A DNA stretch of 64,000 nucleotides from NCBI RefSeq assembly GCF_006345805.1, contig NC_043016.1, positions 26,722,001 to 26,786,000 on the forward strand, given 5' to 3'. The position numbers and the translations under genes were made by a program. Each line of letters starts with the position of its first letter. The first letter of the stretch is position 1. Source of the stretch: Octopus sinensis (taxonomy: Eukaryota). Of this stretch, positions 23,521 to 35,679 are shown piece by piece. The notes beneath the pieces are model-generated. The model was not told the origin of the DNA, ran no database searches, and saw only the letters and a program-made list of their open reading frames with translations.

Positions 23521-26500
23521 TTTTTATGAGAGAAATCAATACCTGATGTAGAGTAAATTTATTTCATATCAATTTATGGCTCAGGCCATTTTACATCTCA
23601 TTACTCAGAGCTTTATGCTCAGAAGCAATCCTCAGGCATGAATATTAGTGGTGGGCACTCTAGTATATGTTGATGATACAGAAGGAACATGATGACTTGT
23701 TACAGGCTTCTTGTTTAATTTCATTCAGTTTATGAATTGGTAAACTTTACATAAAGTGGCAATCTGTGTAATCCAATGATTAATTCAATTCAGGTGTTTC
23801 TCTTATGATCACAAAGGTAAAATGTATTTTCATGATGACATTTAGATAACAATTCCTGATTTGAATGTTTGCCAAGCTGTCTGTAGTAACTGAAGGAGAA
23901 AATCATTTTAAATCTCATGGGCTATTTTATCCAACAACAAACGCCATTAATGGAGGAACATCTTGCGAGACCTGTACCAAGAAAATATTCCAAGTGTTTA
24001 CTAAAACAAACATTTTAAACAAGAAATTCAAATCAGTTTCATATGGATATTGTGTGTGAGTGAGTGAGTGTGTGTGTACGTGTGTGTGTTCGTGCGTGCA
24101 TGTATATGCATATTTATGTACATGTGTGTGAATGAAAGTATTTGTGAATACATGTGCAGGTACATGTATGTATGCATTTGTGTACATATATATAAATGTG
24201 TATGCCTGTATGTATTTATGTTGAGAGTGTTGCTTAGTGAATACTGAAAAGGCTATGTGTGACTGAATGGCTTAAGACTGCTGTTCAAGTTCACCATGGA
24301 AGATGAAGTTAGAATTGATTGATTTAGATTACAGCTATGTGTTCACTAGTGTGTTGATCTATCTACTTATGTATAAAAGAGAGAGTGTGGATATGTGCCT
24401 AGATTTTATTTCAGAATCTGTCAATGTCCTACATAAAATATTTGATACCTAAAAGCACTGTTTGGAGTTAGAGTGGAAAATATTTTTAATATAAAGGGTC
24501 AATTAAAGAAGATAAGATCCTTTAGTGAGAGAAAAATAAAGAATCTTTATTTATAAAAGTTCATAGGTTTTCAACTTATAGTAAATTACTGTTTTGGATT
24601 TAGGCCTTCTTTTCCTATAGGTTTTTAGAGACATTGGTAGAAGACAATTTAATTTCAAATTTGAATATGTGTGAAATTTTATCCCTGGTGAAAGGGTTTT
24701 CCAGCACAAGTCTAGAGACTAAATGCATGAAATCCCAGTGTCATTTGAAAAGTGGTCTTGATTGATATGTGGAAAGGGAACAAGTAGGAACTCAAACAGT
24801 GCACTGGCTATAAATAATGAATACATGGTGTGATGGGAATTCTGGTAGACTGAGAACATTAACTCTAGATGTGTCAGATGTACTGGTATAGTTAGCAGTG
24901 AAAATGCCTGTGTACTGCACAGATGTCTCACTGGAGATAGTTGATAGTTTCTGTTATCCTGGGATCTATTTTGTAGCTAGGGTAAGAAAGAAAGGAAGTT
25001 CAATAACATCTGACAATATGTTTGTCTCTTAGTGAAAATGGTGATATACAAAATAATGACTACAATACTACATAGTAATTACATTTAGATATCAATATTG
25101 ATGAACCAATGGCAGTTTTGAAACATGAAATGACATTATAAGAAAAAATCCCTGTGGCAATTAAGGTAGCTGCTGGATGATATGTGTCACAATTTATTGC
25201 TTCTTCACAACTGTAGCAACAAAAAGAGTAACTCTATTCCAATTAGATACATCAGCTAAATTTCTTTTAATTACAATGATACTGTTTTAAAGAAAAAGAA
25301 AGGACATATTGGTTAATATAGCCAAAATATATGAAAACAAAAAGGACCTGGGATCACTTTTTATCTTGAATCAGAGTTGACCTGTGGCTAAACGACAGTA
25401 ACATGGAAGATCTATGGATGCTAAAGGAAAATGAGGAGAATATAAACTGCTGGAAATATACTAATATAAATGAATAATGAAGCAAAAGTTAAAAGAGTAG
25501 CAGATTAAAGATACCAGATTTGACATGTGGTGTGAATGAATGATAAATACTGAATGAAGAAATGTAGTATTCTACTTGCAGTAGAACAAGATGTAGTGGA
25601 GTCAGATGTTGGAATGTTGGGCCTCACAGATGAGATGAAATCTTATTGTGAAAAATTGTGATATACTAATTAATGTCACTGCAAAACATTTATGGTACCT
25701 AGAAATAGCAAGAACATCTACATTTATTATTGGTGTTTGGTTAAAAAAAACACTCTTAAATGAATTGCAGATAAATGAATAATAATAACATATTGAGAAA
25801 AATACATTTTCTTCTGAGACCCCAAGTTGTCCTGAGCATTGTGGATGGTCATTGGGATGTGCTTTTGTGTCCCAAGCAGAATCTTTAACTGGTCACTGCT
25901 TTGTGTCATCACAGATCAATTCATGATAACCATAATATGCTTCACAATTAGCAGGCTATGTTATCCCAGATAAGTGATAAATGAATCAGTGATAAATGAG
26001 GGTAGTTGAAGTAAATTGAGTCTATTCACCTCCAAGTCCATGATTAAAGCTAAAGTTAATTTTCAGAGATTTTACAAAATGAAACAGTTTTTCAGTAATA
26101 GCATCTTTTGTTGGCCACAAAAAGTAGCATGAAGAAAACATCATACAGGTGATAGAAAATCCATGTACATAAACACATTCTGATGCCAATCCTACATGTA
26201 AATGGCAGGCTCTCAATAAAACTTCATCTTCACCTAGCTCTCTTATTGTCCGCTGACTAACAGACATTACTGGAGATGGCTTTTCTGCCCCTATAACTCG
26301 ACCATTGATGGTTGGGTTGCCTCTTTGCAATCCACTGTAAATTCAATTTTTACATCTGTTTAACATGCATATATATCGACAATGTTGGATGGACCAGACT
26401 TTCCATCCTCCAACAGGGTGTGTGAAAATCTTGCTTCACACTGCAGGATTTGTAGGATTGTCAGTTTAGTCTCTGATGATCTAGCAAAAATCAGTACATT

Positions 26501-27086
26501 ATACTGGGGCACATGTTACCGGAAGCAGTCACAAGTGAACTATTGTACTGAATGCCAGTATGCAAACATTCTAAAATGAACTGAAATTTGCATTTTAGTA
26601 GGAGGAAGAAAACAAAAATCTAGCAACAGCTATTACCAACACAAAGAAAAAGGGAGGTAATTTCAAGACATTTCACTTGCTATTCATCATAGCAGTTGCT
26701 ATACTATAGCCATTAAGGATTTGTCAACTTTTACTAATAATCAGCTCATAACTACCTGAAAAAAAAATTGTGCATTCTAAAATTAAAGAGATTTCTTGAA
26801 AGTTCTTGAACTGATTTCAAACGTTTATATTTCACCTTTAAGAGATATCTGTTTATTTATCTACCCTGGCTCAGACTTGTGAGAGAAAAGGAATGAGTAT
26901 CGTTCTAAATAGTAATAGTGACATAGTAAGTGCAGACATTGGTGTGTGGTAAAAAAAGTTGGCTTCTTAATCTCACCTGCTTCTGAGTTTGAACCCACTA
27001 CATTGAGTCAACCAATGGCTTGTGAATAGAATAGTGTAGATAAATGTTGTGAGAAAACCTCTCTCTCAGTCACACACACACACACA

Positions 27087-27130
<44 letters not shown>

Positions 27131-27489
27131 CACACACATATATAAATAGTTAGCTTAATAGATGATTGATAGATAGATGCTTCTTTTGATAACAATAACT
27201 GGATGATAATATTAAGCAAATACAGAATTTTGGACCCATTATCTTTCATATAACTCATTTTGATAGCATTAGAAACACTGAGTACTATTATGACAACTTA
27301 CTGATTTCCTAAACTATACATATATAAATATCCTCTATTTACCTAATATCGAAGTCTCATTCTTTTGCTGCCATTTTATTATTATTAATATGTATACATA
27401 TGTATTGCCACATGGAAGCAATATAGCCAATACTAGTGTCGTGTAACTAGCATCCATGTTGGTAGCATGTAAAATGCACATTTCGAGCA

Positions 27490-28345
27490 TTGGCCCTCAT
27501 GGAGGCAATGACAAATGACCAAAACCATTGGCAATATGCTGTGCTTGAGAAGAAGACCTATAAAGATAAGTGAAATCATGATTGTGGAAGATACTGACTT
27601 ACGTGCTGGTGGCACGTAAAAGCACCCATTGCACTCTCAGAGTGGTTGGAGATAGGAAGGGCATCCAGGTGTAGAAACCATTCAAATCAGACTGGAGTTT
27701 GATGCAACCCCTCAGCTTACCAGCCCTGGTAAAACCATCCGACCCATGCCAGCATGGACAATGGATTTTAAATGATGATGATGATAATGATATATATATA
27801 TACCTTTATATGTGTGTGTGTATATCATCATGATCATCATCATCATCTTTTAACGTCCACTTTCCATGCTGGCATGGGTTGGACGATTTCACTGAGGTCT
27901 GGCGAACCAGATGGCTGCACCAGTCTCCAATCTGATCTGGCAGAGTTTCTACAGCTGGATGCCCTGCTTAATGCTAAGCACTCCGAGAGTGTAGTGGGTG
28001 CTTTTACGTGCCACTGGTTGAGGGCCAGTCAGGTGGTACTGGCAACTCCATGCTCAAATGGTGTTTTTTACATGCCACCTGCACAGGCCCTCGTTTGAAT
28101 GTTGATTTTCACATACCACCGGCACAAGTGCCAGTAAGGCGACACTGGTAAAAATCACGCTCAAATGGTGTTCGTACACGTGTCATACAATCTACCTTTT
28201 ACTCTGAGCAAGAGGCCCTTTGTCACCAGCAGACATAAGAGCTCTCTGAACTTTGTTCGGGCTATTCTTATTCTAGCAGTTACACTTTCAGTGCACCCAC
28301 CCCGCTACTGACTTGGTCACCTAGGTAACAGAAGCTATCAACTAC
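27490..28345. mobile_element. Tail-to-tail RTE fragments: old short-UTR copy (+, about 27490-27790) and younger copy (-, about 27830-28345)
   Basis: Both carry the shared terminus. The plus copy has a single GGTGGCACGTAAAA unit. The minus copy includes a LEVVDSFCYLGD RT piece. Confidence 0.8.
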
Positions 28346-30224
28346 TTCTATACCTATATATATATATGTAAACTAACATCTGTTTTTTTTTTTAAATAAT
28401 TGCTGAAAAGTGTATAAAAATACAAATAAGATGATAATTTATTTTTGAACGCAGAGACGCTGTTAGAACAGTAAGAACATTGGGTTCTTACAAAGCAGAA
28501 AAATTTGTCAACAACCAGCCATTGAACTCAAACACATATCTTTTGATGCTTTTTTTGAAGCTTTACCATTAAGCTAAACTGCTCGCTGACATATCAATCT
28601 GTTTTTTAGACACTTTTAAAGTTATATGTGCAACCATGTGTATAAATAGAAACAAACTAACTAAAGGTTGTCAGCATTAGGAAGGGCATTCAGCCATAGA
28701 AACCATACCACAACAGACAATTGGAGTTTGGACAGCATCCCAGCTGGTCAGTTCCTGTCAAACCATCCAACCCATGCCAGCATGGAAAATAAACATTAGA
28801 TGATGATGTGTGTGTGTGCGTGTGTGTTCATAAACATAAATACACAAATATTCATTAGCAACTCCCCCTCATCTCATCACCAGCATCAGCTGCAGTACCA
28901 CCAGCAGCAGTACCACCACCATCACCATCATCATCATCATCCTCTTTAGCCTATCTGATTAACAAAGTTTACTAACAAACTAACCTTACTTGTACAGTGC
29001 CCCTGTTTCCCCCCTGTCATTAGCTTAATGTTTTCTGCCCCACTGAACTAACAAATTATGTACTTTATCTACTTCTTATCATCTTCCTAGATCTCATCCA
29101 ATCCTACTCCTGCTACTATTTGGCAGTTCATTCATTTTTTTTTTTTTTCTCCCACTGCATTCTACTGGAACTCCTCTTCTGTAAAGATTTTTTTTAACAG
29201 GAATTCAAACTGAAGATAAGTTGAAGTAACCTAACCAGAACCTGCAAAGATAATAAAAGCTATAAAATAAAATTTTTTTAAATTACTTTTCTTTTTTAAT
29301 TGGAAATACCAGAATGTTTGTTAGCATTTTCCTAATCAGTAAAATAACTGTCCTGATTTAATCTACCCAAATGCACACACCTGAGGCAGACCAAACTCAT
29401 ACCTGACCTGACATGACATGTTGTCATTGATCACTGCTACATTGTAATAAAAATATTTAATCAATGATGCATTGTCATGATGAATCCTACCTAAAACTGA
29501 TTCCATTCTTCAGAGTTTGCAGCTTAACTTTCTACCTTACGTCTGGCCGTTTCATCTTCTTAATTCTTGTAGTCTTCATTCCAAGGACTTTTATATTCTG
29601 AAACTTTCCAATCTTGCGTTTCACTGTTTCCTGGGAAAACAAGAGGTTTTGAAACATTTAGAAGGTATGCTTAGAGAAAACATTTGCCTTTGATTATGTT
29701 TGTATACATTCTTTTACTAGTTTTGGTTAATAGGCTGTGGCCATGCTGGGGCACTTACTTCAAAGGTTTCAGTTGACCATATTACTGTCAGTATTTGCTT
29801 CATCAAATTAGTTTGTTACTAAAATTACTCATTTAATTTATTTTGTGCATCATTAGTGTTAATTTATCATTTGTTTTCAGTGAGTTTGCAATTTGTTTCA
29901 TAAGAATTTTGAAATCATTTTAAAGATCATTTCAGTTGAAAATCAAAGATATCTTCACTGAAAGAAGGAAAGATATAATTTACTGAAAGAAGATAAGATG
30001 TGATTGTAAGGAGACTTGACAGTTATTTCTAGCATATTGAGTATATAGAAATACAGTTTTCAATAATTCGTTCACATACATATACTAGGCAAAACAGCAC
30101 AGTTGTTTTTCTCTCTCTCTAAAAACAATTTCATTTTCTGTCATAAAAATTAATTTTTCCCTTTTAATCAAATGCTAAAATAGTGGAGTTCTTTTTCTGT
30201 TTTTGTGGGTATACATACATACAC

Positions 30225-30988
30225 AGAAATTTGTTTTATAAAATCACCATTGGCTTCAACCGCAGCCTCCAGACGACTTTGGAATCTCCTGTAACTCTTC
30301 TGGACAGTCCCCTTGTTTAAGTTAGTAAATGCTGCCTTAACACTTGGCTCCAGTTCATCTTTGGTGTTACAAGGAGTTTTGTTGGTCTCTCTCTCAACTG
30401 CATCCCACACACAATAATCAAGGGAGTTGTAGTCTGTGGAGTTAGGTGGCCAGATGTTAGGGGTGATGTGATTGCAGAAATTGTCTGACAGCCACGACTG
30501 GGTTCTCCTGCTTGTGTGGCATTATGCAGAGTTCCATTGCCAGATATAGGGGTCTTCCAGCAGCCACCTTCTTGACCCAGGCAACACTACCTCCTCCATG
30601 CACTTGATGTAAGCCTCTGTGTTGAACCTGAAGCCATGAAGAAAGATGAATGGAAGCATAACATCACCATCACTAGTGATCACTCCAATCACCATGATGT
30701 TGATTGGATGTTTGATCTTTATGTATTTGAATTCTCTACACTGTCCTCAGACTGACACCCAAACACTCTGAAATGTTTGTCTTGGATCTTCTGGCATGAA
30801 TGTGAACCAGTACAGCATGTCATTTCCAAATTTCTGGCAGAGTGAATTGCGTCATAGTGCTGCTTTTCTCACAGACAGTGCCCAGCTGACCCTACTATAC
30901 TGTGTAGTTGACAAAATCAAAAATAAACAATGAGCATGTGCAAAATTAAAGATAGAAAATGGCGACAATTTACCCATTGCACCCTGTA
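30225..30988 (-). mobile_element. Tc1/mariner-superfamily relic, probably maT (DD37D)-like
   Basis: CHTSRRTQSWLSDNF..HITPNIWPPNS.DYN.LDYCVWDAVERETNKTPCNTKDEL...FQSRLEAAVEANGDFI. One terminus tacagggtg flanked by TA. Confidence 0.7.
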
Positions 30989-31939
30989 TATATATGTATA
31001 TACATACAGACTAGGCTTCCATGCAATTCTTATGTACCAAATTCACTCACAAGGAACTGATCTGGGACTATGGTAGAAAATACTTACTCAAATTGTTACA
31101 CAGTGGGACTGAAACTGAAACCATGTGGTTGCAAAGCAAGCTTCTTAACCACACAGATATGTCTGCACCTGTTTTTCCTGCTTTCTTCCTCCCATTTGAA
31201 GCTTTATTCACTATTTCAACCCACTGCTTTTTCCGTACACCAATTAGTATCATAGATAATAAAGAGAATTTCATCTTACCATTTACTACTTTGAGAGTCT
31301 AGTATTAGTAAAACTTCAAAATAAACAGTCTTTGTTAGTAATAAGTATTGTATATGTGTATGTGTGTATAAACATAAATACACACATGCACATGCGCACA
31401 CATAGATACTTGTATTTGTATATGTAAATGAGGAACGGCTTTCTATTAACCCCTTTTTTGAAAAAAAAAAAACCAACTGTTTTCAGCTTACATCTTTTAC
31501 ATCATGTTTTTTTTCTTATTTCATTTTTTAAAAACATATTTCTATAAGAGTTCCTTGCTAGGGCCATCTTGGCAGCATTTTAAGGCTCCTGGGAAAATCA
31601 TTGCACTGGGCCTTCTAGTATTTATTGACAGTAAGCCACAACAGAATCAGACCCCTAGCCCATGAAACACCCAAACAACTGTCCAGTGTACCCATACCTA
31701 AAGAGAGCACTATTCTTTTCAGTTTGTTTGTAGCAGTAAAATTCCAATCCATTTCCTACTGTCTCATTCGGCTTGTGCATGTGTGTGTATGTAATGGCCA
31801 TATGAAGGGCTATTATTGAATGAAGAATGAATTAGGAAGAAATTCTGGAAAAAATGAAGATTAAGGGAGCCATGCTGGAGCTACAAAAATCAGTTCCTTC
31901 AAGAGGAAATGCAAACCTTAAAAACACATGATAACTGGT

Positions 31940-32267
31940 GCATTATTTACATTTGACAGATATTTGTCCTTATCTTGTTTGTTGTTAACACAATGTTTCA
32001 GCTGATGTACCTTCCAGCCTTCTTCAGGTGTCTTGGGGAAATTTCGAACCTGGGTCCTCATTCCTAAGGTATTTTTCGATGTTGTTATTATTATTGTTGT
32101 TGTTTTTGTAGTTCAGGTCACTGCTTGGAATCGAACTCGGAATCTTGGGGTTAGTTGTCCGCGCTCTTAACCACTACACCATATGCCCATGGGCATATGG
32201 CATAGTGTAAATAATGTAAATAATGTAAATAATGTACATAACTCCTCATCTCTTAAATATAAAATTT
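31940..32267 (-). mobile_element. tRNA-headed, hammerhead-containing non-autonomous retroelement with inverted 5' segment
   Basis: 13-bp TSD catgataactggt (31927-31939 and 32268-32280). Minus-strand A box TGGTGTAGTGG (32171-32181), B box GAGTTCGATTCC (32127-32138), and hammerhead core at 31987-32032. Confidence 0.8.
31987..32032 (-). ncRNA. Minimal type-I hammerhead ribozyme motif (probably mutated in stem III)
   Basis: GACAC-CTGAAGA-A-GGCTG(gaaggtacat)CAGCT-GAAA-CATT-GTGTT. Stem I is GACAC/GTGTT, stem II is GGCUG/CAGCU, the core is conserved, and stem III has no loop (CA, where CG would give the palindrome ACGU). Confidence 0.65.
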
Positions 32268-33289
32268 CATGATAACTGGTTTCAAAATACAGCAATTAAA
32301 TATAATAGCAAAAAACTTCCAATATATATATATATAAAGCAATTACACATGAAAATGAATGTTATTTTCCACAATGCTGTATAAACTAAAATGATTTGTG
32401 TTTTGTCATAATGAAAATCTGATGCATGGGCCAATATTCATTTCTTTTTCTTCTTCTTTTTCTTTTATTTGTTTCAGTCATAGGACTGTGATTATATTGA
32501 GATTATAGTCAAGCAAATCAACTCCATATTCTTTTTAGAATCTGGTGTTTATTCTATTAGTCTCATTTGCCTAACTGCTAAATCACAAGGATGTAAGCAA
32601 ACCAACACATGGAGTGGGAGAGCAAACACACTCACATATACACACATGCATGCACACACACACACACATGCACACACACACACACACGCACGATACACAC
32701 ACACACACACACAGTCACACACACCACTCACAAAAATTGGTCATCCCTGGGGTATAAGTAGAAGACACTCTCCCCAAGGCATTGCATATTGGAACAAAAT
32801 CCAAAAACATCTGGTTGCGAAACACACATATATAATGAGCTTCCATACAGTTTCTATAACCATATTCACTCACAAAACATTTGTCATCCCTGGCCTATAA
32901 TTAGAAGACACTTGCCTCAGGCACTGCATATTAAGACAGGACCCAAGGCATGTGGTTACCAAGCACACTTCTTAACCACACAGGAATGCTTGTGTACATG
33001 TGTGTGGAAATTTGTATTTGGTATTTGTGAGTATCATAGTTCATAGGGATAAGTTTGAGAAAGTGACAAGTAATTTGGTTAAGATAATGAATTCAGATAC
33101 ATATAGGAAGCCTGATGACAGAAACAATTTACTCAGTGGGAAGTTCGAGAAAACAGCAAAAATTAGTTGCTCTAATTGACTCCAATTGTTGTCAGTCAAA
33201 ATTTCATCAAGTAATTTAGCTAGCTGTCTACAACATAATTTTGAAAGCCATCTTCAACTCCCGCTTCATCCAGTCAGACCAGTTTTCAA

Positions 33290-33580
33290 GGTGTTGCTTA
33301 CTGTCTGCTGGGGCCAAAATACTCAGGTGACTGGATTGATGCCACCCCTGTGACTAATGTTGGTGGCCTACTCAGCTTGGACGAATTTTGTGTCTCCATT
33401 GCCCTCAGAGTGGGAGCTGATCTGTTGTTGTGGCAGGCTCCTTGACTCCACAGGCCTCCATGGCCTTTCTTGCCAGAGTTGAACAGGCGGTTGGCTGTTT
33501 TGGTGCATCAGTCTTGCCATCATCCGTGGCAATACTGCAAGCATGTTGGCATGCCTCAATAGCCACCAGAGAGGTTTCCC
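33290..33580 (+). mobile_element. CRE-clade-like non-LTR retrotransposon C-terminal relic
   Basis: SGDWIDATP...LDEFCVSIALRVGADL, a CCGRLLDSTGLHGLSC zinc-knuckle-like motif, and WLF.CISLAIIRGNTASML resemble C-termini of restriction-like-endonuclease CRE elements (by eye). Internally deleted. Confidence 0.5.
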
Positions 33581-34472
33581 AGTGCTCCCAACTTTTCAAC
33601 CCAAGGTGGTGAATTTTGTGGGTTTTTCCTTTTTCTCTTTCCTTTCTCTCACTTTTTTCTTTTTTCTTTTTAATTTTTTCAATTGTGTTCTCTGTTTTGT
33701 CTAATTTTCTAATTTAATTTTGTAAAAGGGTAAACACTGTGAAGGCAATAAGAATTGTTGGAAACCAGAAAAAAAAATCATCATTTTCAATAAAAATTTA
33801 TACAGAATGACTTGAAAAACATTAACAAATTAGACGAGACAAAGAAGAATGGCAAAATGGACAAAGTACAACATAAACAAAAATGATTTAAGCAAAAAAA
33901 CTGACCCATCTTCAGACATCAACTGAACATCGTATGTAGGTTCAGACCCCAACTGATATGACTGCAATGTTTAGCAATCTTCAGAAATTAAGGCTAGAGG
34001 CTACTTGTGTTAAAGTTTATGAAACAAGTGAATGAAACACAAAAAAGGAATGTGAATGGTCTTTCTATTCCAACTGGACAAATAAGACATCTAACTTGCC
34101 CCTTACAGTTTAGACATGACAAAATTATGCAAAAGATAACACCAAGAGGAAATATAGAAATGCCTTTCAACTGGTAGAACAAACAATAGCAGTGAGAAGA
34201 AATTTCAGCTGGATAGTAGGACAGTAGAAGTGAGAAAAGCTTTAAAAATCATCCTAAAAATAAACGGAACAGATGGGTGAGACATGCTCTTTGACCTATC
34301 TACAAAGGCAGAAACCTCAAATGAGAACTGACTCAGACCATGACAACCTGTCTGACCACTATCGATATAAAAAGCAGACATAAAACAACACCTCTACCTT
34401 TGCCACAATTGCTGGTACCACCACTGCTACCACTGATGATATATCCTATGGTGATATTTATGTTTCAATAGA

Positions 34473-34893
34473 TAGGGTGGTTGCTAGAAAAGAGGAAAAT
34501 TCGTGAAATGTGAATTTATATTTTCACGAGATCTATTTGAAGTAAACGAAGTTTCAAAGTTGCAACAACAGTATCAAACTGATGCCTTGTGATAGTTGAA
34601 AAAAAGTTCAGTAATACAGTTAAATATTTAATCAGTCCCCCAGCTGGATTTTTTACTCTTGAAAAGAACAATAATTTGTCCCTGAAAGTCTGATAGCTGT
34701 TTCCTTTCACAGCTTTCTTCTATGATGTGGGGTTCACTTAGAAGCAAATGACATCAATGCTTGTTCTGATTATGTGCTCATTCGATAACAGAAATAACAA
34801 ATCAGAAACCACCTATCACACAGTTTATTGATGATCTAATTAATGCTTGTTAGTTTTGCCTTCAAATTTTCTGCTTTTCTAGTGACCATCCTA
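34473..34893. mobile_element. TA-flanked MITE (Tc1/mariner-like), about 420 bp
   Basis: TIRs gggtggttgctagaaaagaggaaaatt / aattttctgcttttctagtgaccatcc, with TA on both sides. Confidence 0.7.
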
Positions 34894-34899
34894 TATGTA

Positions 34900-35262
34900 T
34901 CATCATCGTTTAACATCCGTTCTCCATGCTAGCATGGGTTGGACGGTTTGACCGGGGATCTGGGAAGCCAGAAGGCTGCACCAGGCTCCAGTCTTATCTG
35001 GCAATGTTTCTACAGCTGGATGCCCTTCCTAATGCCAACCACTCCGTGAGTGTAGTGGGTGCTTTTTACGTGCCACCTGCACAGGTGCCAGGCGAGGCTG
35101 GCAGCGGCCACGGTCGGATTGGTGTATTTTATGTGCCACCGGCACGGAAGCCAGTTGAGGCGGCGCTGGCATCGGCCACGAGTCGGATAGTGCTTTTTAC
35201 GTACCACCAGACCAGGGATCCTGGCTGGTTCAATTCGATTTCGATTGCCATTCGATTTCGAT
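34900..35262 (-). mobile_element. RTE 3' UTR fragment
   Basis: Near-identical to the 15.8-16.1-kb and 47.6-48.0-kb UTRs (gaccggggatctgggaagccagaaggc subtype). Followed by (TA)n. Confidence 0.9.
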
Positions 35263-35679
35263 ATATATATATATATACAAAAACTGTCCGACAAATGGGA
35301 ACGTGAAATTCTGAGTAACAGCTTTTGTTATATTTTTGCTGCTTTTAAATAAAGTATATATAGTATATATATATATACAGTCTCATTCCCGATTTCAAAT
35401 TCCTCTGCCAAGTTTTCAGTTCGAAAATGAAATGATTTCAAGATAAGAAACTTTTTTAACTCAATTCAGCCCGTATTCTCACCAGTCATATTTCTATGCA
35501 ATTTGATGCCCTCTAGTTGTTGCTTTGTTTATTATTTTCAGCCTCACCTCGCATTACATATTATGTATAATTCATTAGTTATTATTGTCCATCGATCAGC
35601 CCCACGTCTCGTTAAATATGGAATACATATTTATAATCTTACAGGTCTTTATTATTTTATATAAGTTTTTCCCCTCTAG

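Noticed and set aside
26022-26330. 102-aa minus-strand ORF as a host exon
   Set aside because: No recognisable family and no compatible donor. Neighbouring frames faintly resemble a pogo/Tigger CENP-B-type N-terminus, so an old transposase relic is more likely; too weak to list as a feature.
32127-32190. Functional tRNA gene
   Set aside because: A and B boxes are present, but there is no complete acceptor stem or T-run terminator, and the head continues into a repeat body with a TSD. The S1 and S2 heads were rejected for the same reason.
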